NCBI GenBank assembly: GCA_019359045.1 | Contig: JAHHIA010000002.1 | Coordinates: 116,401-180,400 of the forward strand | Reading direction: 5' to 3' | DNA from: Scytolyngbya sp. HA4215-MV1 | Lineage (GTDB): Bacteria; Cyanobacteriota; Cyanobacteriia; Leptolyngbyales; Leptolyngbyaceae | DNA: 64,000 bases | Shown: positions 1 through 9,399 of the stretch, one piece after another | Layout of the letters: each line of letters starts with the position of its first letter | Numbering within the stretch: position 1 is the stretch's first letter | The notes under the pieces: model-generated | Seen by the model: the letters and a program-made list of their open reading frames with translations, nothing else | Told to the model about the DNA's origin: nothing | Databases searched by the model: none | Position numbers and translations under genes: made by a program

Positions 1-141
1 GGGTGCGGCGTCGCCTCTGTTAACTGGGGCGACACCTTCCGAACTTGGCGGACTGATATTCGGACTGATGCTGCGGGTATAGGCAAGTTCTTGAACCGCA
101 AAAGCCGATAAAGTGCTGATAGCAATGGTTAAGACACGCAT
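1..141 (-). CDS. N-terminal fragment (runs off window start) of a secreted protein; the reverse complement reads MRVLTIAISTLSAFAVQELAYT...
   Basis: Reverse-complement translation from the ATG at 141..139 gives a hydrophobic signal-peptide-like N-terminus and stays open to the window edge. It is absent from the ORF track because it is incomplete. Confidence 0.3.
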   Translation of the reverse strand, partial: MRVLTIAISTLSAFAVQELAYTRSISPNISPPSSEGVAPVNRGDAAP

Positions 142-1032
142 AGATAACGATCGCTCATCGCGTCCCTCTACAAACAGAAATCTGACCCAACAGAGAAGCC
201 CGGTTCACTGTCCAATCTTGGATGCTGGTTTCGAGATAGCGCCTTTTGGAGGCGTCTCAAGCAGAGCATTGCAAGCAAGCAAATCAACAGAATTTGACGG
301 AGGGCTGTCTATTGATACACCATTTTCAGTTTGAATCAGGACAGATCTCACTTTGGCTCATCCCTTTTGGCTGCCCGATCTAATCTGAACCAAGCAAGGA
401 AAGCGACTGTCCAAGAAGGAACTTATTTTTACAGGTAGCTGTCAAATTAGGGAGATAGCTCAATACATCTTTTTGATCACTAATCATTCGGCTCAAACTT
501 TGAGGTAGGTTCTGTCGATCAGCAATTTGTAGGAATCCTGACTTCACTCTCGGAAGTGCAGTAATCTTACGAAATAAATCCTATTGATGCAATTGTAATC
601 AGTCTGAAGAATCCCCGTCTAAAAATAGCGTTAGTCATATTCAAATAAAAAAAAATTGCTGCTAGAAGCGCCTACTTGAGAACCCTACAACAGATATATT
701 CTGGGCGTTGCTCAGCAACGGGATGAAAATGATACTGAATGATTTGAAACTTTGTTCCAAATCATCCTGCTTTTCAGCAACGCCGATATATTCTGCGTCA
801 ATGAAGAGCTTAAAAATCTATCTTTCCAATCAATTTATGGCACCAATTGGGAGGATAGATCGAACATTTTATCCAATCCCAAAAAGCGCCTGAATCGAAT
901 ACTTTGACCAAGAAAAATACGGGCTGAGAATTCGGAAAAATCGTTTCAGGATTCTCGTTTTTTATCCTGATTCAAGAAGAGACGCAGTGTAACAGTTAAA
1001 GACTTTAATTGGTTTCAGGAAGGCTCCATCGG

Positions 1033-3081
1033 ATGACTTCTTCGCGTGTCCCCATTCTGACGGCTTGCACCCTCGCAACTTTAGCAGGCTGGGATTTGCC
1101 CACCCATGCCAATCCAGTTCATGCTCCTACCATGGAACCGGGGGTTGAAAACTCAAGTATCCAGGCTGATTCTGCTGTGGTTGAACCGATCTACGCGATC
1201 GCCACACCCGAAACATTGACCACTGCACAATTTACAACGGTTGCGACCGAGTCAACTGCGATCTCGCCGACGGAAAAGTTTTCCCAGCCTACGCCTGGGC
1301 TGCCTCAGGTCGCAGCAACCAGCACCCCCACTGTGGCTGCTGTGGGGTTACCCCTGGCTGTTGCACCGCCAGAAGTCCTCCCAGGATCGGAGCCTGTTCT
1401 AACCAATCTTGCCTCAGCAGAAGCACAAACTCAGCCAGTCTTTACTCAGGGTTCAGGCTTCAACCCTGAGACAAACCTTCAGACTCAGACCCCCAACCTC
1501 AGGCTTCAGACCATCTCTGTCGCAAACGCTTCACACCTATCCAGTCAATCCGCAGAATCGACAAAATTTATCCCTCGAAGTGCCCCACCTCCCGCTCGTT
1601 TATCTGCTGCCCTCATCAGGCAACCAGAAACCTTACTGGCACAATCTTTAGCTCAGACGGCGGTCAATTCTACTTTCACTGATATTCAAGGGCACTGGGC
1701 GCAAGATTTTATTGAATACCTGGCAGATCGGAACATTGTGCGCGGATTTCCCGATCGCACTTTTCGCCCCGATGACTTGGTTAATCGATCGCAGTTTGCC
1801 GCAATGTTGCAAAAAGCTTTTCCATCTACGCCAGGCAACAATTTGGCAGCGTTCGACTTCACCGATGTGCCTCCCAGCCATTGGGCTTACGACGCAATCC
1901 AGACTGCTTATCGACACGGCTTTCTGACCAAATATCCTGGGAATGCTTTCAAACCAAACCAGGCGGTCTCTCGGCTACAGGTGATCACGACTCTAACTCA
2001 GGGACTTAATCTGATCGCCACTAGTGAAAAACCTGAAAATCTCACCACCTATTTTCAAGATGCAGATAGCATTCCCGATTACGGGGAATCTTCCGTTGTG
2101 GCTGCGATCGAAAATCGTCTGATTGTCAACTATCCTAACCTTCAACGCTTAAATCCCAACCAGGCTGCAACTCGCGCCGATGCGGCTGCTTTTATCTACC
2201 AATCGCTAGTCAAACTGGGCGAAGCCCCACCTTTGGCTCCCACTGCGATGGCAGCTCGTTACCTCGTCGTCCCGCTGGCGGTAGCAGTTACTCCCCCCGC
2301 ACCCGACAACCCACCCTTGCCAGAGAGTGCCACCCCCCCCACAGCAACGGTTCAGGATGTACAAAATCGTTTGCAAGCCGTGCAAGCTGATCCCCTGTTT
2401 GGGGACATTTTTGGTGGGTCTCCTGGCATCACCGTTGCCAATCCCTCTGGATTTGGTGCAGATAATCTGACCGGATTTGCCAGCGCCACTTACCAAGAAA
2501 GTGTGCGGGGCAGTGAAAAAGATGATGGGTCGCTAGGGTTTGGCATTGGGTTTGGCGATGCCCAAAAAGCAGTCGGGGTAGAATTGAGCTACACGATCGC
2601 CAGTTTTGGCAGTAACCGCGACTTTGGCACGGGGGGCTTTAATCTGAAAGTCCATCGCCGCCTTGCCACAGACACCTCGATCGCCGTGGGCTGGAATGGC
2701 TTCCTCAATCTTGGCAATGACAACGATTTTAAGGATTCGCTCTACGGCGTTGTGACGCAGATATTCCGTACCCGATCAGACATCAACCAACCCTTTAGCC
2801 GAGTTGCAGTCAGTGCCGGGCTGGGCAATGGGCAATTTCGCACGGTCGAAGATATTGAAGACGATCGGGGTGCGGTCAATCCCTTCGGCAGTATTGCGCT
2901 ACGCATCGCTCGCCCAGTCAGCTTTATCACTGAATGGACCGGGCAAGATCTGGCTTTGGGGCTATCAATTTCTCCTTTCAAAAATTTCAATCTGGTCATC
3001 ACCCCGGCGTTGCGCGATGTCCTCGGTGAGGGCGATCACGCTAGGTTTGTCTTAGGTGTCGGCACATCATTTAAATTCTGA
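1033..3081 (+). CDS. SLH-domain outer-membrane porin (cyanobacterial SLH/OprB-type porin family)
   Basis: The ORF track starts at a TTG at 1009; the first ATG is at 1033 (MTSSRVPILTACTLATLAGW..., signal-like). There are three S-layer-homology-like repeats (FTDIQGHWAQDFIEYLADRNIVRGFPDRTFRPDDLVNRSQFAAML; FTDVPPSHWAYDAIQTAYRHGFLTKYPG; FQDADSIPDYGESSVVAAIENRLIVNYPN). Long Pro/Thr/Ala-rich linkers follow, then a C-terminal Gly/aromatic-rich beta-barrel-like region ending in F (GVGTSFKF). Confidence 0.75.
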   Translation: MTSSRVPILTACTLATLAGWDLPTHANPVHAPTMEPGVENSSIQADSAVVEPIYAIATPETLTTAQFTTVATESTAISPTEKFSQPTPGLPQVAATSTPTVAAVGLPLAVAPPEVLPGSEPVLTNLASAEAQTQPVFTQGSGFNPETNLQTQTPNLRLQTISVANASHLSSQSAESTKFIPRSAPPPARLSAALIRQPETLLAQSLAQTAVNSTFTDIQGHWAQDFIEYLADRNIVRGFPDRTFRPDDLVNRSQFAAMLQKAFPSTPGNNLAAFDFTDVPPSHWAYDAIQTAYRHGFLTKYPGNAFKPNQAVSRLQVITTLTQGLNLIATSEKPENLTTYFQDADSIPDYGESSVVAAIENRLIVNYPNLQRLNPNQAATRADAAAFIYQSLVKLGEAPPLAPTAMAARYLVVPLAVAVTPPAPDNPPLPESATPPTATVQDVQNRLQAVQADPLFGDIFGGSPGITVANPSGFGADNLTGFASATYQESVRGSEKDDGSLGFGIGFGDAQKAVGVELSYTIASFGSNRDFGTGGFNLKVHRRLATDTSIAVGWNGFLNLGNDNDFKDSLYGVVTQIFRTRSDINQPFSRVAVSAGLGNGQFRTVEDIEDDRGAVNPFGSIALRIARPVSFITEWTGQDLALGLSISPFKNFNLVITPALRDVLGEGDHARFVLGVGTSFKF

Positions 3082-3097
3082 ATTCTCAGGAGGAACG

Positions 3098-3667
3098 ATG
3101 CAGTTTCAAGCGAAGCAAACACGGTGGATGATGGGTGCGATCGTCAGTCTTTGTGCATTCATCGCAATTCCAGTGCATGCCGCTGAAGGAAACCAATCGG
3201 ACACTAGCGGCACCAATGTGTTTAATGACACAACTAATTCCGAGGTTAATTGCCTAAACTTCAGCACCCCCGACCAACGCAGAACCAGCGGTAATGCTTG
3301 CCAGGGCGGAGGCTCAGGTCAACGGCATGAAATGGCTGCGGCGGCCCAAACTTTGCAAACAGCAATTTCAGAACTTCTGAATAATGAGGCGATCGGGGCA
3401 GATACCAAAGGGTCTTTGCAACGAGCCAACGCCTGTTTGGGCGCATCTTTTAGCCAGTGCTCTCGTAAATTCGATCGAGAGATTCGCCGGGTCGCCAAAA
3501 GTCTGCAACAAGACATCAACACCACCAATCAAGCCTGTGCAGGAGGAGATGCGGCTGCCTGCACCCAACTCAATCGACTGGTCGGCCAAACCAATCAATT
3601 TTTGACCAGTCTGGAACGTTTCAAAACCCTTTTCACCCAATACGCTCGAACCTCACGAACCTTTTGA
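3098..3667 (+). CDS. hypothetical secreted/periplasmic Cys-containing protein
   Basis: An AGGAGG RBS lies at 3088-3093, 5 nt upstream of the ATG at 3098. The N-terminus MQFQAKQTRWMMGAIVSLCAFIAIPVHAAEG is a signal peptide. There are several Cys residues and no recognisable catalytic motif. Confidence 0.55.
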   Translation: MQFQAKQTRWMMGAIVSLCAFIAIPVHAAEGNQSDTSGTNVFNDTTNSEVNCLNFSTPDQRRTSGNACQGGGSGQRHEMAAAAQTLQTAISELLNNEAIGADTKGSLQRANACLGASFSQCSRKFDREIRRVAKSLQQDINTTNQACAGGDAAACTQLNRLVGQTNQFLTSLERFKTLFTQYARTSRTF

Positions 3668-3845
3668 AGCGCTAGGAGTTAGGAGTCAGCTGCTAGTAAA
3701 TCTTGATTAATCTCGACTCAAAACTCGTCTCAAAGGATGTTTGAAAAGTTATTGACTGGTGATGTTGAGCCCCCTCTCACACCTATTACCTAACACCAAA
3801 CACCTGTTACCTAACCCCCAATACCGGCTACCTACCCAACCCAGC

Positions 3846-5105
3846 ATGACAAACTCCATCATTCAAGTTGAAAATCTGGGCAAAAAATACATCCTCAAGC
3901 ATCAATCCCAGGAACGTTATACCTCGTTGCGAGATGTGATCAGCGATCGAGTTCAGTCCATTGGTCACAGATTTATGGGGTCGAGATCGCGCACTCTAAT
4001 CCCAAACCAGGAGGAGTTTTGGGCACTCAAGGATGTTTCGTTTAAGATTCAGCAAGGCGATCGAGTCGGCATCATTGGTCGCAATGGAGCCGGTAAATCA
4101 ACGCTACTTAAAATCCTCAGCCGCATCACCGAACCTACCCATGGCAGAATTCGCATCAAAGGAAGAGTTGCCAGTTTGCTGGAAGTTGGCACTGGGTTTC
4201 ATCCTGAACTCACTGGAAGAGAAAACATCTTTTTGAATGGTGCCATTCTTGGAATGGGTAAAGCAGAAATTAGCCGCAAGTTTGATGAAATTGTGGCATT
4301 TGCAGAGATCGAAAAGTTTCTAGATACACCCGTCAAACGCTATTCATCAGGGATGTATGTACGACTAGCATTCGCTGTTGCCGCTCACCTAGAACCTGAG
4401 ATTTTGATCGTAGATGAAGTATTAGCAGTTGGAGATTTACAGTTTCAAAAAAAGTGCTTAGGTAAGATGGAAGATGTTGGCAAAGAGGGCAGAACCGTCT
4501 TATTTGTCAGCCATAATTTGGCAACCGTCAAACAACTCTGTACTAGAGCCATCTTACTTGCAAACGGAGGTATTTTAGCGGATGGTAATCCCATTCAAAT
4601 TGCCTCCAAATATATGCAATCATTCACGACCAACTCTCTCTCTGACGCGAAGAAAACATACCATCATATCAAGGGCGATCGCAGAGCAGAAATATCAAAT
4701 ATCACAATTAATAATATCAGTCAAAATGAAGCCGTCGTCTCCATCTTTGACCAAATAGAGATTGCTATTAACTATCAACTCAATCAACCTATTCAAGAAA
4801 TAGAATTTTTTGTTTTAGTTTCTTCGTTTGATGATGGAGAAGTCCAGGCAAGCTTATTCCAAAGAGATTCCAATACCCGAGTAAAACCGACATCAAATCA
4901 AGGTCAATTAAAAATTAGTTTTATGAATCATTTTTTGCCTGGAAGATATACCATCTCTGCCGGTATTTTTGATGAACATAAAAAATTTGTGGATTGGGTG
5001 GAATATGTAGAGTCTTTTCAGGTTGAATCTGCTTTTAAGAACGGTCAAAAGTATGATCACAGATTAGGCAAAATTAGTCTTCAGGGGAACTGGCATGTTG
5101 AGTAG
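3846..5105 (+). CDS. wzt: Polysaccharide/O-antigen ABC-export ATPase Wzt/KpsT-type with a C-terminal carbohydrate-binding (Wzt_C-like) extension
   Basis: Walker A GRNGAGKSTLLKIL; ABC signature YSSGM; Walker B ILIVDEV; H-loop SHNL. About 190 residues follow the nucleotide-binding domain, as in Wzt CBM-bearing exporters. The start was chosen at ATG 3846 (MTNSIIQVENLGKKY); the ORF track extends to a GTG at 3759. Confidence 0.85.
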   Translation: MTNSIIQVENLGKKYILKHQSQERYTSLRDVISDRVQSIGHRFMGSRSRTLIPNQEEFWALKDVSFKIQQGDRVGIIGRNGAGKSTLLKILSRITEPTHGRIRIKGRVASLLEVGTGFHPELTGRENIFLNGAILGMGKAEISRKFDEIVAFAEIEKFLDTPVKRYSSGMYVRLAFAVAAHLEPEILIVDEVLAVGDLQFQKKCLGKMEDVGKEGRTVLFVSHNLATVKQLCTRAILLANGGILADGNPIQIASKYMQSFTTNSLSDAKKTYHHIKGDRRAEISNITINNISQNEAVVSIFDQIEIAINYQLNQPIQEIEFFVLVSSFDDGEVQASLFQRDSNTRVKPTSNQGQLKISFMNHFLPGRYTISAGIFDEHKKFVDWVEYVESFQVESAFKNGQKYDHRLGKISLQGNWHVE

Positions 5106-5634
5106 AAAGCTTAGAAAAATTATAGTTTCAACTAGGGTTAAATTCTTTAATAAGATCCACCAATATTTATTGGAAAGTCAACAAGAAACATTAATTCAAC
5201 AGCTCAAATTTTGTGGAGAAGACTGTCATTTTTATTTCCCATTCTACATTATTAATCCTGGTAACCTCGAAATTGGAAATGGTGTCTCGATCGGGACTTA
5301 CGTTCATATGTGGTGCCAGGGTGGTATCACCATTGGCAATCGCGTTTTAATCGCTTCCCATACAGCCATCACGTCGGTGACACATAATCACAGTAAGGCA
5401 GATATGCGCAAAGACACTATCCGACAACCTGTGATTATTGAGGATGATGTTTGGATTGGGGCACATGCAGTCATTCTTCCCGGCATCACCATTGGTAAAG
5501 GTGCGGTGATTGGAGCCAATTCAGTAGTGACTAAAGATGTTGCACCTTATTCAATTATGATTGGCAGCCCTGCCAAAGTGCATAAACAAAGAGAAATCAA
5601 AAATGATTTTTCTGCTATTAATCCGATTTTTTAA
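5095..5634 (+). CDS. Hexapeptide-repeat (LbH) O-acetyltransferase, maltose/galactoside acetyltransferase-like
   Basis: Repeated [LIV]-G-x-x-x-x hexapeptides (IGNGVSIGTYVHMW..ITIGNRVLIAS...VWIGAHAVILPGITIGKGAVIGANSVV). It overlaps the wzt stop by 11 nt. Confidence 0.8.
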   Translation: MLSRKLRKIIVSTRVKFFNKIHQYLLESQQETLIQQLKFCGEDCHFYFPFYIINPGNLEIGNGVSIGTYVHMWCQGGITIGNRVLIASHTAITSVTHNHSKADMRKDTIRQPVIIEDDVWIGAHAVILPGITIGKGAVIGANSVVTKDVAPYSIMIGSPAKVHKQREIKNDFSAINPIF

Positions 5635-5676
5635 CAGATCGTTAAAAGCGCTTAATCAAGCATCAGGGCTTTGAAC

Positions 5677-6705
5677 ATGAGTCTTTCACCGCTCCCTTTC
5701 AGTCAAAACAAATTTCTCTGGGTCGAGCCAGAGAAAGGTTTGGATAATGATAATTTAGAACAGTCTAAGTTACCTCGAATTAGTGTGATTACCCCTAGTT
5801 ATAATCAGGGACAATTTATTGAAGAAACAATCTGTTCTGTCTTAGGTCAAAATTATCCCAATTTGGAATACATCATCATTGATGGGGGTAGCACTGATAA
5901 CACTGTAGAAATTATCAAAAAATACGAACCCTGGATTACTTACTGGGTGAGTGAACCCGATCGAGGACAAACCCATGCCCTTAATAAAGGAATTGAAAAA
6001 TCTACAGGTGAAATCCTAGCATACCTCAATAGCGACGATTATTACTTGCCAGACACATTATTAACAGTTGCAGCCTATTTCCAAGCGTTTCCTAATACTG
6101 ATCTATTCCACGGCAAGTGCCGTTACGTAAATGAAAAAGGCGAAAAAGTTGGAGAACAATTTGGCAACATTCAAAAAATAGAAGAAATTCTGGATCTTTG
6201 GCACGTCTGGTGGGCGAAACGTCAATTTGTTCAACCAGAGGTGTTTTGGACAAAGCGAATCACAAATCAAATTGGATTATTCAATGAAGACTTAAATTTT
6301 GTGATGGACTATGAATACTGGAGTCGAATTCTGCGGTTCGGTGCCAAGGTAAGTAGAATCGATGCAGAATTATCATGTTTTCGATTTACCACAACTCAAA
6401 AATCAAACCAGAGCGAACTAGTCGCTGAGGAATTGCTCAATGTAGTCCGTCCTTTAATTTGGGATTACTCTCTAAATTTACCCAACAAACATCGCTTAGT
6501 ATTGCAGGGTAATTGGCTTTACCAGAGTGCCTTTTTGAAGGAGATTAAAAATTCAGTTGAAGGCAGCGATTGTAAACTTATTCGTTGGTTAAAATTGATC
6601 AAAATAATTTTGTACCATCCAAAAATTTTACTGGCTTTAGATTTTTATCAGCGCATCCATCAATTATTTTCTCCACTGCCTCAACACAGTCGAAGTGCTC
6701 TATAG
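5677..6705 (+). CDS. Family 2 glycosyltransferase (GT-A fold)
   Basis: ISVITPSYNQGQFIEETICSVLGQNYPNLEYIIIDGGSTDNT ... LNSDDYY (DXD-like). The ORF track starts at a TTG at 5671; the ATG is at 5677. Confidence 0.85.
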   Translation: MSLSPLPFSQNKFLWVEPEKGLDNDNLEQSKLPRISVITPSYNQGQFIEETICSVLGQNYPNLEYIIIDGGSTDNTVEIIKKYEPWITYWVSEPDRGQTHALNKGIEKSTGEILAYLNSDDYYLPDTLLTVAAYFQAFPNTDLFHGKCRYVNEKGEKVGEQFGNIQKIEEILDLWHVWWAKRQFVQPEVFWTKRITNQIGLFNEDLNFVMDYEYWSRILRFGAKVSRIDAELSCFRFTTTQKSNQSELVAEELLNVVRPLIWDYSLNLPNKHRLVLQGNWLYQSAFLKEIKNSVEGSDCKLIRWLKLIKIILYHPKILLALDFYQRIHQLFSPLPQHSRSAL

Positions 6706-6711
6706 AAAAAT

Positions 6712-7380
6712 ATGTTATTGCGTTCCCACTTTTCCTTCGGTCACCTCTATCTTAAACTCAATCAATTGAGTGAAGCTTTGAGCGTGAAAGCTGTTAAATT
6801 GAGTAGACAGTTTGTTCGTCCTCCGTTTCCCCAAAATACAGACAATACCATTAATTTACACTTGGGTTGTGGTTCTATCCAGCATCCGAAATTTATTAAT
6901 ATTGATGCTCGACCGGCTTCCCATATTCATTATGTCCGCCCGATCGATAATCTGTCCCCGTTTAAAGACAATAGTGTTGATCTAATTTATGCTTGTCACT
7001 GCTTAGAGCACTTTTCTCACACTCAAACTCATCGGGTTTTAGCTGAATGGTATCGCGTTCTTAAAAAAGATGGAATTTTGCGTATATCAGTCCCTGATTT
7101 TGATTTATTGCTGAACATTTATGCCGATTTGAAATACGATCTTGAACCCGTCATGGGCTTAATGATGGGCGGTCAAAATTATGAATTTAATTTTCACAAA
7201 GCTGTTTTTAACGCAAAAAATTTGACGAATGCTTTACTCAAAGTTGGTTTTAAAGAGGTTCAAATCTGGCAACCGGGAAAGTGCGAAATGACTACATTTG
7301 ATGATTGGTCAGGTCGCTATTTGGGGCGCAAATATCCAGTGAGCTTGAATCTAGAAGCAATGAAAGTCGGTAATAAATGA
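6712..7380 (+). CDS. Class I SAM-dependent methyltransferase (Methyltransf_11/12-like)
   Basis: Motif I-like LHLGCGS; motif post-I LKKDGILRISVPD; size about 220 aa. It sits inside the glycan cluster next to wzt. Confidence 0.7.
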   Translation: MLLRSHFSFGHLYLKLNQLSEALSVKAVKLSRQFVRPPFPQNTDNTINLHLGCGSIQHPKFINIDARPASHIHYVRPIDNLSPFKDNSVDLIYACHCLEHFSHTQTHRVLAEWYRVLKKDGILRISVPDFDLLLNIYADLKYDLEPVMGLMMGGQNYEFNFHKAVFNAKNLTNALLKVGFKEVQIWQPGKCEMTTFDDWSGRYLGRKYPVSLNLEAMKVGNK

Positions 7381-7424
7381 GGGCGCATTTTGTTGCTTAT
7401 TTTATTTTATGCTGATTAGCAGTG

Positions 7425-8387
7425 ATGCGTATTAAACTCACGGTGGGCTATCCTAATTGGGGGGGGATACGTCAGACTCCTCGTTCACAGGGAATTTGGG
7501 AAGATTGCAAATTCCTGATTAATCAGTCTTGTGAAGAATGTGATGCCTGGGTTGTCTTACAAAGTACTAAAGGGTTGTTAACGTTAGAAAGTACACATTG
7601 TCCACCCGAAAATTTGGTACTAGTGACTCGAGAACCTCCTGATATGATGACTTGGCAATCCGGCTATCTCAAGCAATTTAACGTAGTTGTTAGCTGCCAT
7701 ACGAATTTGAAGCATTCCAATGTTTTACTAACTCAACATGGGCAAACTTGGCATTTGGCAAACTATTCTTACGATCAGCTTATTGAAGTGCAGCCTGATC
7801 AAAAAATAGATCGAATTTCTATTATTTGTTCCAATAAAAACTATACTTTAGGTCATCGTACTCGATTACGTTTATTAGAAATACTCAAAGGTCACTTTAA
7901 GGAATTGGATATTTTTGGATATGGGTTTAATCCCATCCTAGATAAATGGGAGGGAATCTATCCCTATAAATATCATCTTGTATTGGAAAATGGTAGTTTT
8001 CCCCATTATTGGACTGAGAAATTAACGGATGCATATTTAGGATTTTCTTTGCCAATTTATTGTGGTTGCCCCAACTTAACAGATTACTTTTCTGCTCAGT
8101 CATTTATTCAGATTAATTCGCAAGATATTGATCGGGTAATTGATACCCTTGAACAAGCGATCTCTAATCATCAATATGAGCGATCGCTCCCCGCAGTGAT
8201 GGAGGCGCGGAACCTGGTTCTCAATCACTACAATCTTTTCCCCATGTTGGCTGAGCTATGCCGCCAACTGCCTGGAACTACAAAACAAAAAGTCACGCTT
8301 CGCCCCGATTTTGAATTCAAGCCATCTTTCGTATCGAGAATCAGCAAGTTGTTTAGCCCAACTTGCAAAGGAGATAATTTTTTCTGA
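7425..8387 (+). CDS. GT10-family (alpha-1,3-fucosyltransferase-like) glycosyltransferase
   Basis: The characteristic FucT motif YKYHLVLENGSFPHYWTEKLTDAYLGFSLPIYCG matches the GT10 consensus [YF]x[FL]xFENSxxxxYxTEK. Confidence 0.65.
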   Translation: MRIKLTVGYPNWGGIRQTPRSQGIWEDCKFLINQSCEECDAWVVLQSTKGLLTLESTHCPPENLVLVTREPPDMMTWQSGYLKQFNVVVSCHTNLKHSNVLLTQHGQTWHLANYSYDQLIEVQPDQKIDRISIICSNKNYTLGHRTRLRLLEILKGHFKELDIFGYGFNPILDKWEGIYPYKYHLVLENGSFPHYWTEKLTDAYLGFSLPIYCGCPNLTDYFSAQSFIQINSQDIDRVIDTLEQAISNHQYERSLPAVMEARNLVLNHYNLFPMLAELCRQLPGTTKQKVTLRPDFEFKPSFVSRISKLFSPTCKGDNFF

Positions 8388-9394
8388 TGAAAATAGCAAT
8401 TTTCGGCTATTACAATGCGCTCAATGCTGGGGATGATCGAATTCAATATTGTATTACTCGACTATTGCAAGGTCATCAAGTAATCTTTTTACCCCATTAT
8501 TTGCCACCTCCTAAAGATTATCTCCAATCATTTGATTGGATTCTTATTGGTGGAGGCGGACTTGTTTTTGAGCAGGTTGGTATTTGGAACAATACAGCAA
8601 AATGGATTCAAGACTGTAAAGCGAAGATCGGAGTCTTGGGTTTAGGCGTCAATCATATTTCCCAAAAACTCTGTTCAGAAGTGCTGACTCTTATTGAAAA
8701 AGCTGATTTTTTCTACGTTAGGGATCATACGAGTAAAGCATTGTTGAATCAACATTCTAAAATAGAAGTTTATCCGGATCTAACCTGGTGTTTTCCATTT
8801 CAGTCGGAACAGCAGCCTGATAGGATCTGCCAAGGAATTGCGCTTAATCTATTGCCTTGTCACTGGCGATCTTTTGATATCGACGCATGGGTAAGAGTTC
8901 TAACGAATGCTCAAATTCATCCTTTTCCATTGCACTTTGGCATAAACAGAGATTTTGATCTACTGCATACCTATTTTGGCGATCGTACACCTCAAGAATT
9001 CTCTCTTAAACCATTAATGAACAGTCAATTATTAATTGCCTGTCGGTTTCACGCGATTGTCTTTGCAATGCAACTGGGCAAACCATTCATTGCTATCAAC
9101 TATGACGATAAAGTGCGACGGTTACTTGCGGAGGCAGACCTATTAGAATGCTGCCTACAAACCACTGAACATCACCAGCTCTTGGAAAAAATTCAATTTG
9201 TGTTGGAACATCAAACTCAATTGCAGCAGAAGATTGCTGTCTTTAATCAGTTACAGCACGCACGATCTCAAATTTTATTGAGATTAGTACAAGACCATTT
9301 GCTACCCCAGCCATCGCCAACCAAGCAAGATCCGTTGTCCACTTTAAGAAAGATAGCTAAAATAACGACCAAAAAATTAGTGGGGAGAGTTTAG
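8387..9394 (+). CDS. Polysaccharide pyruvyl transferase family protein (CsaB/WcaK-like)
   Basis: N-terminus MKIAIFGYYNALNAGDDRIQ...ILIGGGGL is typical of PS_pyruv_trans. The start codon overlaps the upstream stop (TGATG). An AAGGAG motif lies 14 nt upstream. Confidence 0.65.
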   Translation: MKIAIFGYYNALNAGDDRIQYCITRLLQGHQVIFLPHYLPPPKDYLQSFDWILIGGGGLVFEQVGIWNNTAKWIQDCKAKIGVLGLGVNHISQKLCSEVLTLIEKADFFYVRDHTSKALLNQHSKIEVYPDLTWCFPFQSEQQPDRICQGIALNLLPCHWRSFDIDAWVRVLTNAQIHPFPLHFGINRDFDLLHTYFGDRTPQEFSLKPLMNSQLLIACRFHAIVFAMQLGKPFIAINYDDKVRRLLAEADLLECCLQTTEHHQLLEKIQFVLEHQTQLQQKIAVFNQLQHARSQILLRLVQDHLLPQPSPTKQDPLSTLRKIAKITTKKLVGRV

Positions 9395-9399
9395 TAACC

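Noticed and set aside
113-893. Short ORFs 113-334 and 708-893 at the window start
   Set aside because: The first overlaps the better-supported minus-strand signal-peptide fragment. The second lies in an AT-rich promoter-like region upstream of the porin and has no RBS or motif.
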